Assembly: GCA_951406725.2 (NCBI GenBank)
Contig: OX597814.1
Location: 107,136,001 to 107,200,000 of the forward strand
Length of the DNA: 64,000 bases
Direction of reading: 5' to 3'
From: Octopus vulgaris
Lineage: Eukaryota
In this document: piece by piece, positions 12,871 through 26,393 of the stretch
Layout: every line of letters begins with the position of its first letter
Position numbering within the stretch: position 1 is the stretch's first letter
Notes under the pieces: generated by a model
What the model was told of the DNA's origin: nothing
The model's database searches: none
Seen by the model: the letters and a program-made list of their open reading frames with translations, nothing else
Made by a program: the position numbers and the translations under genes

Positions 12871-13594
12871 TGACTGACTGCCTCTCTCTTTCTTTCACAC
12901 GCGCGCACAGCTACAAACATATGCAAGGCAGAAGGTAACTCCCATCAACAAGTCCTTCAATAAACACCGACATGGTTGAACGTTCCACAACTACATTCTC
13001 TTCTCTCTCTTTCTCTCCCCTCTTTTTCTCAATCTCATACAAAATTCAGTAAAAAATCGAAAAGGTCTGACACCCTCGCTCCGTGATTCAAAGGATATCA
13101 TGTTAGGTATCTTCAAAGGTAATTGGCTGTCGACAATAATCACTCCGCTACCTCACGCTCGCCCTCATGACCTCCTCACCGCAATCTTAGTTTTCTTATA
13201 ATCATTCTTACAGGCATTTTATCTGAGGTCCCAACACATATGGCAATTGTTACTCATGTCGTTACTATGTAGTACTCCAGCATGGTCACAGCCAGATAGG
13301 TGCGCGTGCGTGCATGTGGGTATCTTTTTCTGTTTCATCGTTAATCTATCTTCTCCTTGTTTCACTCATCAGTCTGCGGCCATGCTAAGGGTTTAGTCAA
13401 AGAAATCAACCCCAGTAACTTATTTGAAGCCCTGGTACTTATTTATTGATACCTTTTTATTGAACCGCCGTGTTACAAACCAATATCGGTTGTCTAGCAG
13501 TGGGGGCGGGACACAAACACACACACACACACAACAGGCTTCTTTCAGTTTCCGTTTACATAATCCACTCACAAGGATATGGTCAGCATTCTTA

Positions 13595-13648
13595 TACAGA
13601 CAGACAGACACGTACAGACAGATAGACAGACAGACAGATAGATAGACG

Positions 13649-13715
<67 letters not shown>

Positions 13716-13722
13716 GACAGAC

Positions 13723-13753
<31 letters not shown>

Positions 13754-13815
13754 TAAATGGACAGACAGATGGAGAGACAGATAAATGAACAGACAGATAG
13801 ATAGACAGACAAATG

Positions 13816-13873
<58 letters not shown>

Positions 13874-13925
13874 CAGGTGGATAGATGGATATATACACGC
13901 ACACGTATGCGTAAACACAGGTGCG

Positions 13926-13960
<35 letters not shown>
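13595..13960. repeat. (GACA)n/(GATA)n/(CA)n microsatellite
   Basis: Direct inspection. Confidence 0.9.
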
Positions 13961-13961
<1 letters not shown>

Positions 13962-14444
13962 CCTGTATGCATGCATGTTGTTTAGCAACAAGTCTTCAGA
14001 GCTGTGATTACAGATCAGAGATATTTCCAGCCATTGTCCCTGCTCCCGCTTTTCTTTCAGATACAGTGTCATCATCTAGCACTACCTTCTGCCGTGTGTC
14101 CTTTTCTTAAATGACTGGCTACAACTTGAAAACAAAAACAAAAATGTTACTGCTATTTCAACGAGATGAAACGACCTCAAACAAGTTGCCTTGTCTGCTT
14201 GCGTGTGTGTGTGTGTGTGTGTGTGTAAGTGCGTGTATGCGCGCGTTTATATATGTATGCGTGCGCGTGTGTGTGTTCATACATGCATACATACAGATCG
14301 ATTCTTGAGACTTCTATGAAATACTAAAAAGTATACATATAAACACACACACATATATATATATATATAGGAATAATTACTATGAAGCATTGTGTAGAAT
14401 ATATTGTATAAAGGATCGCAGGTGAGGCCTAATGATCCTTTATA

Positions 14445-14752
14445 CAATATATATATATACATATATATATATGTGTGTGTGTGTATGTATGTATATATGT
14501 ATATATATATATGTGTGTGTGTATGTATATATGTGTGTGTATACATATACATACACGCATACATACATGCATACGTATATATACATACATACACACACGC
14601 ATGCATGCATGCATACATACATGCATACAAACATACATACATACACACATATAATACAAACATGCATACATACGTACATACATACATACGTACGTGCATG
14701 CATGCATACATACGTACATACATACATACATACACACATACATACACACACA

Positions 14753-14786
<34 letters not shown>

Positions 14787-15129
14787 CATACGTACATACA
14801 TACGTAACATACGTACGTACGTGCATGCATGCATACATACGTATGTACGTACGTATGTATGTATGCATGCATGCATACATACATACATACGTACGTACAT
14901 ACATACGTACGTGCATGCATGCATACATATGTACATACATACATACATACATGCATGCATACATACATACATACATATATACATACATACATACGTACGT
15001 ACGTGCATGCATACATACATGCATGCATGCATACATGCATATATACATACATACGTACGTACATGCATGCATGCATACATACATACATACAAAAACACAT
15101 ACATGCATGCATGCATGCATACATACATG

Positions 15130-15209
<80 letters not shown>

Positions 15210-15246
15210 TACATACATACATACATACGTACGTACGTACGTACGT
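14445..15246. repeat. Compound alternating purine-pyrimidine microsatellite (TACA/TGCA/TACG/CA)
   Basis: Direct inspection. Confidence 0.9.
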
Positions 15247-16706
15247 AAAACAGGGTCGTTCTTTATGTTGTTTGTCTTGTTTTCCATTCGTGTCTTTCGT
15301 TGTTCGAAAAAAATAATTCCCATTCCATATACACGTACTTCGTATTTTTCTTTCTTTTGTACACGCCTCATGACGTCCTGTGCCTACATTACGCATATAT
15401 ATATATACGTATAGATGTATGTACACATACATATGTATATATGCATTTATTTCTATTATTATACGATTGAATGCCACGCATCCTCTTCCAAGCAAGTTTT
15501 ATCTATATATATAATTAAGATTCAGTTGAATTAGGTACTTAAATTGAGGCACCTTGTTAGGTCTGACTAACATGCTTACTCAACACAGGTAATGAATTGA
15601 CACAGGTACCTCTTTGCTAATTACTTATACATACACGCGCGCGCGCACACACACATATATACGCACATGCGTGGGAGCGGGTCTGGATGATTATAACAGG
15701 AAAACATTACTCCAGGAATTATACAGAATATTATTTAGCTGTTGTAGAATAAGAAACGAAAATGAATGCGAGTGGGTGGTGGTGGTGGTAGAGGGGGAAA
15801 GCATGCGGCGGGGGGGGGGGGGGGCAGAGACAATGGATGGATGGATGAAGAAACAAGCGAAATATGATGACACTAACAAAAAAAGATGAGAAGGAATTAT
15901 TAAGAATTCGAAATGCATCGGAATGTGTGTGTGGATTGTCAAACATCGATGGATGATGCTTGTGTGTTTGAATTTACGATCATCAAGAATATTTTACACA
16001 GACACCCATATACAAAAAATTGCAATATGTACAATCATATATATATATATATATGCATATACACACACATATACACATACATACATACATACATACATAC
16101 ATACATACATACATACATACATACATACCAACCTACATACATACATACCAACCTACATGCATACATAAATACATACATACACATTTACATGCAATTATAC
16201 AAATGTACATAAAGTACATACATACATTCAAACGTGTTTCTCTTAATCAATGTCTTTAATAAATATGCGAGACAAAAAAGTGTTTACTATTTACACCCGC
16301 TTTCCACACACACACACACACACACACGCACATATATTCACACACACATTTGACACAGTTAATGGAAAAAAATCAAGGAAGGTGGACGAACACAACAGAG
16401 TGGAAAGGTAGAAAGAAGTAGGTTAATAAGGAAAGTGAGGAGAGAGTGAAGGAAAGGAGAAGAAAGAGAAAAAGAAAAAGAAAGAAAATGACGATAAGAG
16501 CCACGATGAAATGCTATGCAAGGGTCATGTTGAGGTGCGAAGCTCGGTGACCTGTCTTGTTAAAAAGCATGAAATATATTGAAATAGTTTTTGCTGGAAT
16601 ATTTGCAGCTCGCCTGCGTGTCTATCTGACAGACATACGGCGGGATATATATATATATATATATATCATATATATATATATATCATATATATATATCACA
16701 CACACA

Positions 16707-16813
16707 GTGACCGACCAGGCTATCAAATGTTGCTACACATCGCTGGTCACAATGCGCTTCGCATTGTTTTAGCCTTCAAATGACGCCACCCCGCTGGCTA
16801 AGCGAGCAGGCCA
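16707..16813 (-). mobile_element. Isolated family A tail-2 module (5'-truncated copy)
   Basis: Nearly identical to 30166-30272; sits in (TA)n. Confidence 0.8.
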
Positions 16814-16834
16814 TATATATATATATATATACCC

Positions 16835-17340
16835 TTTTACTCTTCTATTTGTTTCAGTTTTTTGACTGCGGCCATGCGTGAGCACCGCCTTTAATCGAAC
16901 ACATCGACCCCAGGACTTATTCTCTGTAAGCCTAGTACTTATTCTGTCGAAATCTTTTGCCGAACCGCTAAGTTACGGAGACGTAAACACAAAATATCGG
17001 TTGTCAAACGATGGTGGGAGGGGACAAACACAGACATTCAAACATATATATGAAAGAAGCCCGTCGTATGTGTGTATATATATGTGTGTGTGATTTCGGG
17101 CGTTTTGTTGAACCGCTAAGTTGTGGGGGCGTAAATACCAGCACCGGTTGTCAAGTGGTGGCAGGTGACAAATACATACACATATATGCGATGGGCTTCT
17201 TTCAGTTTCCGTCTGCCAAATCCTCTCACAAGGATTTGGTCGGCCCGAGGCTATAACAGAAGATATTTTCTCAACGTGTCACGCAGCGGGACTGAACCTA
17301 GATAAATATGGTTGAGAAGCTAGCTTCTTGCCACACAACC
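16835..17340 (-). mobile_element. SINE family C with an internal partial duplication
   Basis: Family C motifs; the gaaccgctaagtt...cggttgtcaa segment occurs twice. Confidence 0.75.
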
Positions 17341-17341
17341 A

Positions 17342-18220
17342 CGTAGTGATGCACAGGACATGTCTAAACCGTGTCTGCTGACACTAACACATCGCGGATT
17401 CAATGCTGCTGGTGTTGGGTCAATGGAAGAGAACCCTATCTCTGCAGGAGACTTAGAAGAATTTTCTGAAAATGCCAGATGCTAAAGACTTCCAAGTTCT
17501 TTATATGATGGATGTACGTTTCCATATTTCAGACTCGCGCAGTGACTGGCAGCTCATTGCCAGCGTGATGAATAGCTTTGAATGGCAGCAGAAATGGTTA
17601 TTTAGGAAGACTTTTATTCAGAGCCTTCGAATGGAATGGAGGGTGTGGTCTGTCTGAGGTGGTTTCAGAATTTTTGTCCAGTGTGTAGTTACTGGAAATA
17701 ATGCTGTAGCAGATTCATAAATGAATCGCAGGAGAGCCGAGTAAATATCACGGCCAAACCACTGTCGTTTCATGTGATCGGTCGATTAATCAGCCTCAAG
17801 CATCGTGTGAACAGACTTTCTACAACTTTGAGCCCAATAAAAGACGGTTTGGGACGGTAATGCCTGAATGTGAGGCAGCTACAACCAGCGTGTTGAGGCA
17901 GCGACCTGACATCTCCATCCCCATGGCAGATAAAAGACACAAGTTTTGTCACCATGAACATAGCACTATTGTTTTCCAGTCATGATGGACCAACCACAGA
18001 TTAATGCGTACCAGTTATATTGGCATAGATCCTAGAAGTATGTCTCTCTCGGTGTCTAATTGTCGCTGTTAGTTTGTGTCAAAAGACCAACGCAAAAAAT
18101 ACTGTGTGCAGTAATTAAGGCTTCTGTTAATTGCTTGTGAGTGTTGTTAATCATTTTTACTCACAGAGCTAAAAAGATATTTTCTTTCTCCATCAAATTT
18201 ACAAACGACACCACACAACA
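17342..18220 (+). mobile_element. Dispersed repeat, LTR-like, related to 34713-35464
   Basis: Long colinear similarity, e.g. ccaaccacagatt..cagtta..agtatgtct..gctgttagt..cttctgttaattg. The ends and TSD are not clean. Confidence 0.5.
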
Positions 18221-19263
18221 ATGCTACCTAGCTACCTGAATTGAAAAGGTGTGGTTGGCTATTTCTGCCGGGCTGAGAAAATAGGGGATAAAGCATGTGG
18301 GGAAGTTTGCCATTAACAAAAGACCTCATTACTTTGCATGTGATGAGTTAAACCTATTCTTTGATAAACCGCAATGACTGTGAGATGAAGGTCTGTAGGG
18401 GTTTGTAGGAGGTTTCTAAAGTGGACTACCACAGACCTCAGTATACAGTAGTTCAATGATTTGAGGTTTATAAAGGCCTATAACCTTTCGATGTTGTAAA
18501 GGTTGCCATACCATCTTTTGTGTGGCAGCATAGTCGCCCAAATGAGGATGAAACGAAAAAGTACAGGACCCAGCACATATCCTTGACTCACGCATATTTT
18601 ACAAACACACACACACACACATACACACATATATACGCATACACTAACACCGTATGTAAATTAATGTATTCAGACATACATACAAAACAAACACATATAT
18701 AATACACACACACACACACACAAAGCCATATGCTATCGTCTGCCATGTGTACCACCCAGTTTTCCCCGATATATTATATAAATGTTAAACCATACGTAGG
18801 AGTTTTCTCTCCGTCTTTTGTCTGTCATGTATTTGCTACACTGACTGGCAAACGCAACATCGCAAATGTTGCGACTGTGCGCAGGACTGTGTGTGTGGGT
18901 GTGTGTATATGTACGTGTGAGTGTAACTGTGAACGTGTGTGTGTGTGTGTGTGTTTGATTTCGTAGATTAAATGTCAGAATATCGTTCGTTAAAAGAAAT
19001 AAAATTAGAAAAGCGACTATCCATTTTCCACCGTTCCTATCTGTCTATCCATAGGAGTCCGACTATCTTAAGCATGTGTGTATGTATATATATATATATA
19101 TATGGGCATACGTCAATAACCATGTGTGTCTGTATACACACACACACACACACGCACATGTATATTATGCACACACAATTATAGATTGATTGACACACAA
19201 ATAGATACACAGAGAAATTTTAGGGTGTGTGTGTGTTTGTGAGTGTGTATACACATATGCATG

Positions 19264-19347
<84 letters not shown>

Positions 19348-19449
19348 CATACACGCCCACGCATACATATACACATATGCAGGTACACTAACACCCTACT
19401 GCATATAGGTATGTGTTTGCGTGTGTACACATACACATAACACACACAC

Positions 19450-20520
19450 TCAAAATATCCCTAGATTAGAGGCTAAACGTGGATAACCCTTTTATGCATG
19501 ACTACACAGGAAAATCTTCCCTAGACTTGACTGAAGTGCCTCGGTCCGTTGCACACGTAATGTGAAAAAAAATGGTCTTAGTTAATTCCCATAAGTCGCG
19601 GACAGAGGGCAGGATGCTCATGTAGGGTTTACAAAAGGTGCCCAGTGAACGGTCAGTGCAAGACCGAGGCCGTCATCTACGAAGCAGAGGTAGTATCGAC
19701 CAATACAATTGGGACGATACTTATGCAGAAATACGTCGGTGCAACAGATGACCATTTTAAGGTACAGCTGAATAAACACTAATCATCCTTTAGGAACTAC
19801 AAATTTAGTTATCTATGAGGGTGCAACATCATCTAAAGTCAACTGGAGGTTGCTGGAAAGATTTGAGCGGTATTATAATGTAAGTAGGATAGGAGATGTA
19901 AACTCTGCTTTGTGGAGAAGAGGATCATTCAAACAAACAAACTAGCAAAAAACTTGTATGATTCGAATACTTTCTTAAATTCCTGAACTCACAAAGCGAA
20001 ATTTTCGGTTACTGCCCTTACGAACGCAAATTCATTTTGACAGCGTGTTTCATATTCCTAGAGAACGATGCAACACAGCCTGTACACTTCGCCCTTAGCT
20101 TGTAGTAATCCATGAAGAATAACTCTTTCTTCTTTATTTTCTTTCTGATTAGTTCTTCAGCCCTTAAACACCAAAAATTTTTTCACTAAATTTCGTTCCA
20201 CTCTTTTGCTACCAATGAATCAACCAAGTCTCTGCACAATCAAACGTAGCATTCTGTCCAGTTATTTGCCATAAACAGTAATATATCGTTTGATGATTGT
20301 CACTCTTTCTCTACATCTGCCTATACCAGCCATTATTCACATCTTAGAATTAAGTTTATTCTAATTGTGGGAGAAGCCCTTGGAGTCCATCTTCCATATA
20401 TATATATATATATATGCTTTCTCATTGGTAATGCATTCCTGTATATACGCTTACATGTATGTATTTCCCCAAATAAATTTCACTTCATGTCTGAGGCTCT
20501 GAGGAAGCTGTAAGCTGTTA
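19450..20520 (+). mobile_element. Penelope-like element 3' relic: degenerate GIY-YIG endonuclease plus terminal repeat
   Basis: From 19615: CSCRVYKRCPVNGQCKTEAVIYEAEV...QKYVGATDDHFKVQLNKH*SSFRN. After frameshifts: WRLLERFERYY, RCKLCFVEKRII and LNSQSEIFGYCPYERKF. This is the Cys-rich linker plus VIY/YVG GIY-YIG pattern typical of PLEs. A partly deleted hammerhead follows at 20499-20517. Confidence 0.85.
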
Positions 20521-20623
20521 TTCAAACACTCAAATATGAGACCACCACATCTCATAATGGGAACCGGTGTAGTTTAATGACGTCCATAAGATAGACAGTG
20601 ATTCTTTTGTCATCTCCTTTTTT

Positions 20624-20654
<31 letters not shown>

Positions 20655-20656
20655 GT

Positions 20657-20691
<35 letters not shown>

Positions 20692-21394
20692 AAGAGAAAG
20701 AGATAGACAGATATATATATAAACAGAGAGAGGGGGGGAGAGATCACATTTTCTTCATTTTAACGCCTGTGAGCACGAGTCATTGATAACGACCAATGAA
20801 GCAGAAGTGCATCTGGTGTTCACCCTGGCCACGGCTGGAACGACTTTCGTCTCCCTCTGCTGCAAACTTGCCTTTAACGATGTATTCACATTATGATACG
20901 TAGATGGTTGTTATGTGTATGTGTATATGTATTTCACATTATATAGATAGAGTCAAAGTTCAATCACATCTGCTTATTCCAGTATTCCATACTTGTATGT
21001 AGTTGTTATAACTGTGTGATGTATGCATAAGAGTTGAAAATTCTCGAATACATTTTTGGCAGAGTCAATTACATATCAAAACAGAAAACTGGGAAAAAAT
21101 ATTTTCTTATTATTCATTCACCATTACACGTGTTTCATTGGCTAATAGGAGTTACAAAAGTTTACATGTAGGAGCAACATGTAAGCTATTTCCTATTAGA
21201 AATTCTTTAGACAGAGAATCAAAGAAAGTATTATTCAAATGAATTCATGTGCAATGGTTAATAAATAACCAAAGAATTTTCCCATCTCCTTGTATTACAT
21301 ATACGTATACACGCGCGCACATACACACAGAAAATAAGATAGGCTGCATGCAATGAGAATATAGAGAATGATTATTAAAAATGACTAAAATATG

Positions 21395-21435
<41 letters not shown>

Positions 21436-21754
21436 GAAAATACGACTGTGTTCTCGTTTTATCTTCTTATGTCACTGACTTTTCATATTTTGTGTAGGTT
21501 CCTTGCAGTTCGTTTGAAGTGGGATGACGTATTCCTAAATTCATCATTAATGATTCTAGACCTTTGCCTTCTCATCTTAGTGGTCTTGGCGTGTTTCGCT
21601 CCAGTGTGGGTGGTGCGGACATTATCATCGGAATTATGTGCATATATGCGGGTCTGTGTATGCGCGTGTGTGTGCGTATGTGTTTCTGTGCGCATTCTCC
21701 GTAATACTTTTTCCAAAACGCAAATTGCCTAATCTTCTTATGTATGTAGAGAAA

Positions 21755-21940
21755 TGGTAAGTCACTGAAAAGGTCGCGAATAGAGATGAAAGGACTTTGA
21801 CTAACAACCAACTGATTGTTTGACCAGTACATTAAACAAATAATCTAGTTGGTTAGTTAATCAATTGGCTAAAAATTAAGAAGAGATATTGAACCAGTGT
21901 GTGTTATTATTGGTACAATGACCCTTCCAAGACACAAGAT
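21755..21940. repeat. Dispersed repeat shared with 38715-38870
   Basis: CACTGAAAAGGTCGCGAAT...GGACTTTGAC...CATTAAACAAA...AATGACCC..AAGACACAAGA in both. Confidence 0.7.
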
Positions 21941-22193
21941 TATTAGAAACACTTTGATGTAAACCTTGCTTTGATTGATATTGTAAACTGAAGCCTATTA
22001 TAATTTACGTTGTAATTTTGTCCTATCTCAAACGTGTAATCACAAATCACGCTCTGTTGAATTTTTATGACATTATTCTACCAACAATATCTGAAGAGGT
22101 CGATTTTATGTTGATATATAACAAACAAAGAAAAGTATATATACTTCATTCTTTGCGAAATTAATAGAAAGAAAAGTTGTTATAGGCGAAAGG

Positions 22194-22547
22194 AAGGCGG
22201 TGAGCTAGCAGAAACGTTAGCACGCCGGGCGAAATGCTTAGCAGTATTTCGTCTGCCGCTACGTTCTGAGTTCAAATTCCGCCGAGGTCGACTTTGCCTT
22301 TCATCCTTTCGGGGTAAATTAAGTAAGTACCAGTTACGCACTGGGGTCGATATAATCGACTTAATCCGTTTGTCTGTCCTTGTTTGTCCTCTCTGTGTTT
22401 AGCCCCTTGTGGGTAGTAAAGAAATAGGTATTGCGTCTGTCTTTACGTTCTGAGTTCAAATTCTGCCTTTCATCCTTTCGGTGTCGATCTAATCGATTGG
22501 CCCCCCCTCCCCTAAAATTCCGGGCGTAGTGCCTAGAGTAGAAAAGA
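22194..22547 (+). mobile_element. SINE family B dimer with 14-bp TSD
   Basis: TSD TTATAGG(C/T)GAAAGG at 22180-22193 and 22548-22561. Confidence 0.9.
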
Positions 22548-23413
22548 TTATAGGTGAAAGGTCATTGAATATCATTACAAAATAATCTAGATAGAGAAGG
22601 AGAGAGAGAGAAACATACGTACATATAGATAGATAGATAGATAGATAGAGACAGATACGTAGATAAATTATAGATTGATTGATTGACAGACAGACAGTGA
22701 GACAGATCCTTTCTCATCCTCCCGTTGTTATACACTACCTTCCTGCTTTTGGTCTTATTTATCTTTTTATCCCAATATGGCCTATTTTAAATTTTATCTT
22801 CGCCAACGCAAAACAAAATATAGATTGGTTCCATCCAATTTGGATCGCTTAAGTAAGAGAGGAAGGAATATAAGTCAGTAGAATTAGATAGAGACAGAAA
22901 GAGCGAGAGAGGAGTGGGGGTTGATTAAGTTAGCATTTGGTGTGGAAATAAAATGTTTCCATATTTTGCTAGCGATGTAGACAATAGACTCGGCTAAAAT
23001 ATAAATCGCAAGCGATTTGATATTTACTGAACTGTCGAATAAAGTGAGTGAATAAAAAACTAAATAGATGTCATGGAAGACTATCGAAGGTGATTGACTC
23101 CCACGCACTTGGGTCTTAGTTGCGGCGGCGGCGGCGGGGGAGAGAGGGGCAGTGGCGGGCGGGGGGAGGGGCGGCGTATACAGTCACAGTGTTGTTATTG
23201 ATGTGGAGGGGGATGATGGACAGGCAGAAAAGCATGTAGAGACCGAAACACAACACGTGAGGCGGTGGTGATGATGGAGGCTGTGATAGTTGTGTTGGTG
23301 ATGGTGATGATGGCAATGAGGGTAGCAGTATTTGTTGTAGTGGAAGGCGGTGGTGTTGGTGGTGTTGGTGGTGTTAGTATTGTTGTTGGTGGTGGTGGGG
23401 GCGGTGGTGGTAG

Positions 23414-23445
<32 letters not shown>

Positions 23446-23771
23446 CGGCGGAGTGAAACGAAAAAGTCAGCAGAGAACGAAAAGTAGAGAAAAGGAAGAA
23501 TAAATAACAGATTGACGGAATGATCGATTAAGTGAATGAAGGAATAAACGAAACGAATTTTGAAGTGATTAACGGTTGGAGGATGGGAGAAGGTAGGAAA
23601 AGTTAATAGGGAGTCTGCGCGGGGGAGGGGGCGGTGAGCATGAGTGTGTGTTAGTGTTAGTGTGAGAGTGTTGTGTGTGTGTGCATGCATGGTTATGTAC
23701 GTTCCAGTGTAGGTATATACGCATATGTATACGAGAATATTTCTGCAAGCACACATCTTATGAATATGTAA

Positions 23772-23814
<43 letters not shown>

Positions 23815-24385
23815 CACTGCATATACATCTGTGTGTGTGTGCGTAGGCGTGCAAATATGCATGATTATGCAAGTTGAGTAATGCTTATACACACACATAT
23901 ATATATATGTACGTACATGCTTTTCAACCATGTTTGTGTGTGCACATGCGACCGTGTGTGTATGGGTGTGTTGCACGTGTGCGTATGTGTATGTATGGAT
24001 GTATTGTGTGTGCATGTGTGTGTGTATGTGCGTGTATGTATGAGTGTATGGTGTATGAACGTCCAGCTGTTCTCTTTACGTGCACCAGTAATGTAATTCT
24101 TTGGTAGAAGCTGCGTGACTCTTGAATTACAGGTAATCTTCGGTTTCTACAGTAACCCCACACCTCTACACGAAATCCCAAGGTATTGGTCGGCCCAAGG
24201 CAATAGAAAATGACAGACGTACTGGTTGCCATGTAACAGGTTCGAGCCGAGAACCTTAGGGCTGAGAAGCAAGCTTCGTAACTAGTCAGCTATGCCTGTG
24301 TCAACCTAACCACACACGCACATACGCACATCATATAAACATATATAGAGACAGCAGACATCGTTTATACAGACATGTTTTTTTT

Positions 24386-24450
<65 letters not shown>

Positions 24451-24549
24451 TGTTTTCTCTCTTCATTCATTCCTCTCTATAAAAGAGCGTAGGCCCGAAA
24501 CGTCATAAATTTCTTCCATTTTTTTTTTCCTGAGCGCCAAACTAATACA

Positions 24550-24935
24550 CCTTGCACAAGGCCCGAAATTTTGGGGGAGAGGGCCTATCGATTAGATCGA
24601 CTTCAGTATGTAACTGGTACTTAATTTATCGACACCGAAAAGATGAAAGGCAAAGTCGATCTCGGTGGAATTTTAACCCAGAACGTAATGACAGACGAAA
24701 TACCTATTTCTTTATTACCCACAAGGGGCTAAACTTAGAGGGGACAAACAAGGACAGACATAGGTATTAAGTCGATTACATCGACCCCAGTGCGTAACTG
24801 GTACTTAATTTATCGACTCCGAAAGGATGAAAGGCAAAGTCGACCTCGGCGGAATTTGAACTCAGAACGTAGCGGCAGACGAACTACCGCTATGCATTTC
24901 GTCCAGCGTGCTAACGATTCTGCCACCTCGTCATC
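24550..24935 (-). mobile_element. SINE family B dimer
   Basis: Reverse complement of the family B consensus, two units. Confidence 0.85.
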
Positions 24936-25174
24936 TTAATGTGGTGGAATAACGTCATCTTTTATCATTTACTCGTTTCCCTCATTTGGCTGCGGCCATA
25001 CTGGTGCACTGTCTTGAAGAATTTTTTGTTGAATGAACAAGGTAAAGGATGAAAGGTAAAACCGAGCTCAGCGGAATTTGAACTCAGAACGTAATGCCAG
25101 ACGAAATACGGCTACGCATTTCGCCCGGCGTGCTAACGTTTCTGCCAGTTCGCCGCCAGTAAATAACTGGCTTC

Positions 25175-25500
25175 CATACAGAGGCAACATGCTATTAGTA
25201 TGTTTTTGATGAAGGCGGAGTGGAAGCTGTTTAGCAACCACAAAAGACTACAGGTTGTTTACGGAAATGACACCGTGGACAAGAACGATGTGAATAGACG
25301 GACGAAGAAGGTGAAAGTAGAAGGAAACCAATATTGAAGACAAACGATGCAATGGGAACTCTTCAACCGCGACGACTGACATGAATCATCAGGGAGTGGA
25401 CTAATTGATCCGCATGGACGGACAAGTCACTAACCATGAATTTGCTGCACAACTAGACTATGGTCACAATATATTACAACATATGGTAGATTTTGAGTAT
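25175..25500 (+). pseudogene. Mariner transposase N-terminal (HTH) relic
   Basis: QRQHAISMFL...HKRLQVVYGNDTVDKNDVNRRTKK; after a frameshift ETNIEDKRCNGNSSTATT...VD*LIRMDGQVTNHEFAAQL. Matches the mariner pattern (VYG, EDxPRSGRP, VxxLIxxDRR). Truncated by SINEs on both sides. Confidence 0.75.
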
Positions 25501-25506
25501 CAGTAC

Positions 25507-25918
25507 AGCGGCGAGCTGGCAGAATCGTTAGCACGTCGGGCGATATGCGTAGCCGTATTTCGTCTGCCGATACGTTCTGAGTTCAAATTCTGTCGAGGTT
25601 GACTTTGCCTTTCATCTTCAATAAATTAAGTACCAGTTACGCACTGGAGTCGATATAATCAACTTAATCCGTCTGTCTGTCTGTCCTTGTTTGTCCCCTC
25701 TATGTTTAGCCCCTTGTGGGTAGTAAAGAAATAAATATTTCGTCTGCCGTTACGTTCTGAGTTCAAATTCCACCGAGGTCGACTTTGCCTCTCATCCTTT
25801 CGGGATCGATTAAATAAGTACCAGTTACGCATTGGAGTCGATGAAATCGACTTAATCCCTTTGTCTGTCCTTGTTTGTCCCCTCTATGTTTAGCCCCTTG
25901 TGGGCAATAAAGAAATAG
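25507..25918 (+). mobile_element. SINE family B dimer
   Basis: Head followed by two body units. Confidence 0.9.
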
Positions 25919-26362
25919 GAAGCCAGTTATTTACTTGCAAAAAAAAAAAAGGGAAGGAAAAAAAGACAGGAAGAATTATTACTGGCATTCCGTCTGTTAC
26001 GACGCCGAAAATTCCAGTTGGTCCGAACAACGGAACAGCCAGCTCGTGAAATTAACGTGCAAGTGGCTGAACACTCCACAGACATGCATGAACCCTTAAT
26101 ATAGTTCTCAGGGAAATCCAGCATGACACAGAATGGAACAAGGCTGGTTCCTTTGAATTACTCTTTTACTCTTCTACTTGTTTCAGTCATGTGACTGTGA
26201 TCATGCTGGAACACCACCTTTTTTAGTCGAGCAAATCGATCCCCAGAGCTTATTCTGTCGGTCTCTTTTGCCGAACCGCTAAGTTACGGGGACGTAAACA
26301 CACCAGCATCGGTTGTCAAATGATGTTGGTGGGGACAAACATAGACACACAAACACACCCCC

Positions 26363-26392
<30 letters not shown>

Positions 26393-26393
<1 letters not shown>

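Noticed and set aside
12905-12975. Possible first exon of a minus-strand gene (CAACCATG TCG GTG...)
   Set aside because: Good start context, but only 20 codons, no convincing donor site and no recognisable homology.
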